From Phyllosticta citribraziliensis (lineage: Eukaryota): DNA of 64,000 nucleotides. The position numbers and the translations under genes were made by a program. The DNA is taken from the NCBI RefSeq assembly GCF_038025025.1, contig NW_027117344.1, forward strand, positions 930,001 through 994,000. The letters run 5' to 3'. Within the stretch, counting starts at the first letter, position 1. The number at the start of each line of letters is the position of its first letter. Shown here in pieces: positions 61,511 through 64,000 of the stretch. The notes under the pieces are model-generated. The model saw nothing but the letters and a program-made list of their open reading frames with translations. It did not search any database and was not told where the DNA came from.

Positions 61511-64000
61511 TTAAGCGGGGCTCGTCTCGGTGCCCTCGCTACCGCCGTTCACAAGTTCCTTGATCTTGCTTGCGACTGCCGTAGGGTATCCGCGCGAAAG
61601 TCCCTCCTTGACAACATCCATGGCACCCGAACGGTCTTGTACTGCCAACAAGGCTTTGGTCATGGCCTCGTAAGTGCTCGGCTCGCGCTTCTCCATTGGC
61701 ACGGAGGAGTAAATCTTTCGGGCCTTGTCGATGTCCTGGGTCATTGCCCAACCGTGAATCAGAGAGTTTGCGATGTAGGGAGTCAACTCTACGTTGCGCC
61801 GTTTCATGTCCTCGAGATACTCTTCAGTGGCTTGGATGTTGTGATTGGCAACCATAGCCTCATACAACGCCTGGTAGAGACAGGCCTGTGGAGCGACCTT
61901 CCGCTCGGCAATTGCGCTGTCGAACAAGCCTTTCGCCCCTTCCATGTCGTGAAGAACGCAACCTTTGGCGTGGATCAAGGAGGCGTAGTGCACCGCTTCG
62001 GGTTGCTGGCCAGCTGCATGAATCTGATTCAAGACAGCCTCGGCGGCTTCCATGTTCACGGGCTCCAGAGTAGCGTGGGTGTCGACAAGAAGCTTGTATG
62101 TGTGCGCAGTAGGCTCAATTCCCTTGGAGCGCATTCGCTCATAGTAGTTGAGCACCTTGCTGCGATCGCGCTTGGTTGCGAGGAAAAATTGCATCATGCT
62201 GTGGTACGGGGCGGGTCGAGGCTTGTAGTTTGGCATGCTCTCCATCTCTTCGAAGAGCTCCTCCGCAAACCTCTCGTCACTCACTCGGCACAGAGCGTTG
62301 ACAACAGTACCGTAAGTGACGCTGGTGGGCCTGATACCAAGGTTGCGCATCTCCTGGAAGAAAAAGAGGCAGTCGTCGATCCTTCGCGCCTTACCAAGCT
62401 TTCCGATCAACGCATTGTACAAGAAGGACGATGGCTCAACTCCCTCGGACTTGGCACGATGGAAAATCTTCACAGCCTCAGATGCCTCGTCGAAGGTCTT
62501 GGTCGACTCCTTGAGCGTGGTGATGTACAATCCAAAAGTGTTTGCCGATGGAGCCGCTCCCATGTCTAGCAGCTCTTGGTGGAACCGTTCGGCCATGTGT
62601 CGGTCGCCGGTTTGAAGACAAGCTGCAACCATGGCATCGAGAATCGTGATCCAGCCGTGCTTGACGATGCGGTGTTGCGGCTGGAAGGGTACATCCTGTC
62701 TTGCAGCATTGAGGACTTCTTGAGCGACACGCATGCGTCCATCCTTGGCCGCAGCGGCAATCAGCTTGGAGTAAGTAAAATAGCGGGGATGTCTGCCAAC
62801 GCGGCGCATGTTCTTGAACTTCACCAACGCTTCGTTGAGGCGAGACGCTGATCGGCCGGCGGGCTTGTCCAGAAGATCCGTAATGGCGACAGATCCCTTA
62901 TTGTCAGTGTTCGCAGCGTAGGGGTCGTAGTTGTCCTCGTAGGCAGACATTGGCGTCATTGGAGCAGGGGCGTAGCTCGGGAAGACAGCCGGCTGGAACA
63001 TCATGGTCGGGTAGCGGTACGTCTGCCAGCGTTGAGCCAAATCGGGACGCTCAAGCTTCAGGAGAACCTTTTCGACCAAGTGGGTGTACTTGTCAAGAGG
63101 GATACCGTAGGACATCAAGACCTCGAGAATGTGAGAGAAACGGGCTTGGTTCGCAACATCGGGCGCCGAGGTACGAAGAATCATACCAGCCTGAACTTGC
63201 ATCAAAAGTTGTAAGTCTTCCCATCCGAGTTGCGCCACACCTTCAGGACCAATGCCAGCGAGCAGGTGAGTTGCCACCGATGGGACAAGACCACCATTCT
63301 CGACCATGGTCCAGAGCAGGTCCATACTTGGCTTGGCAGCAACGGCGATGCCCCTCTTGATCATGAAGTGGCCCATAACCTCGATAGATTCGTCAATCTG
63401 TTCCACAATCTCCGTGCTCGCCGGGCTGGATCCACTGAAGGAGTCGCGGATCCGCGCAAACATCGCACGGCTCTGTGAGATGCCACGCTCGGCAAGTCCG
63501 CTTCCAATGAGAGCTACTGCGTACATGGTGGCAGGCTCGATAAGCGATGGCGTCGCGGGTGCTGTCTCGACGATTTCCCAAAACTGCTGAGCGGCCTCTG
63601 TGTTCCCGTTGCGAACATGCATGGCAACCATGGCAATTGCGGGGATCGTCGTATCTGTGGACTGTGGAATGCTTTCCCATGCTTCGGTTGCAATGTCGGT
63701 CTTGTTCTGATCCGCAGCTCTGACGCAAATAGCAGCCATGGCAATTATCCGTGCGGTTTTGCTCAGCTCGCCGCGGGCATGGGCGACTGCGACTTCGAAG
63801 GAGCCATTGTTCAGCCAAACGGGGATGAAGGCCTTCAGGCCCACGAGGTCACGGAGAGAAGTAAACCGCTCGGGCGTCGCAAGAGATTCTTGGAGCTTCG
63901 AGAGGAACTTGCGGCCCCCCTCCTCACGACCACAGATGATATAGGCCTTGATGACTGCGGCGTATACATCGTCATCTTTGCGGACAAGTTGGTTGTGGCC
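61511..64000 (-). CDS. cya-5: Mitochondrial pentatricopeptide-repeat protein, Cya-5/Pet309-like COX1 translation factor; 5' end outside window
   Basis: Tandem PPR repeats (PSANTFGLYI, PSSFLYNALIGKLGKARR, PTSVTYGTVVNALCR, PTAHTYKLLVD, PEAVHYASLIHAKG); frame stays open towards window end. Confidence 0.85.
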   Translation of the reverse strand, partial: GHNQLVRKDDDVYAAVIKAYIICGREEGGRKFLSKLQESLATPERFTSLRDLVGLKAFIPVWLNNGSFEVAVAHARGELSKTARIIAMAAICVRAADQNKTDIATEAWESIPQSTDTTIPAIAMVAMHVRNGNTEAAQQFWEIVETAPATPSLIEPATMYAVALIGSGLAERGISQSRAMFARIRDSFSGSSPASTEIVEQIDESIEVMGHFMIKRGIAVAAKPSMDLLWTMVENGGLVPSVATHLLAGIGPEGVAQLGWEDLQLLMQVQAGMILRTSAPDVANQARFSHILEVLMSYGIPLDKYTHLVEKVLLKLERPDLAQRWQTYRYPTMMFQPAVFPSYAPAPMTPMSAYEDNYDPYAANTDNKGSVAITDLLDKPAGRSASRLNEALVKFKNMRRVGRHPRYFTYSKLIAAAAKDGRMRVAQEVLNAARQDVPFQPQHRIVKHGWITILDAMVAACLQTGDRHMAERFHQELLDMGAAPSANTFGLYITTLKESTKTFDEASEAVKIFHRAKSEGVEPSSFLYNALIGKLGKARRIDDCLFFFQEMRNLGIRPTSVTYGTVVNALCRVSDERFAEELFEEMESMPNYKPRPAPYHSMMQFFLATKRDRSKVLNYYERMRSKGIEPTAHTYKLLVDTHATLEPVNMEAAEAVLNQIHAAGQQPEAVHYASLIHAKGCVLHDMEGAKGLFDSAIAERKVAPQACLYQALYEAMVANHNIQATEEYLEDMKRRNVELTPYIANSLIHGWAMTQDIDKARKIYSSVPMEKREPSTYEAMTKALLAVQDRSGAMDVVKEGLSRGYPTAVASKIKELVNGGSEGTETSPA

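Overview
Gene-dense (~28 genes in 64 kb), GC-rich eukaryotic DNA from a filamentous ascomycete (Pezizomycotina; finer taxonomy not determinable by eye). Short spliceosomal introns with CTRAC/CTAAY branch points fragment most ORFs in the six-frame track, so gene models were rebuilt by manual splicing. Housekeeping genes: put2, vps25, vps26, gluconokinase, BCKDH E2, pex20, sec13, queuosine-salvage DUF2419, arrestin-like, cyp10, Pbr1-like SDR, an SH3 membrane protein and a Cya-5/Pet309-like PPR. They are interleaved with detoxification/tailoring enzymes that have no backbone synthase in the window: SAM methyltransferase, P450, phenol-hydroxylase-type FMO, HxxxD acyltransferase, epoxide hydrolase, DHA1 MFS pump and a tocopherol-cyclase-like protein. 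No transposon, tRNA, rRNA or CRISPR was found. Most notable: a near-perfect ~30-37 bp hairpin in an oversized intron, a fungal tocopherol-cyclase-like gene, a divergent P450/hydroxylase pair sharing CGG-repeat promoter sites, two ORF-less gaps with promoter-like and strand-biased RNA structure, a motif-deviant PCD, and a His/Cys-rich alternative Pex20 tail. Family assignments come from recalled motifs, not database searches.
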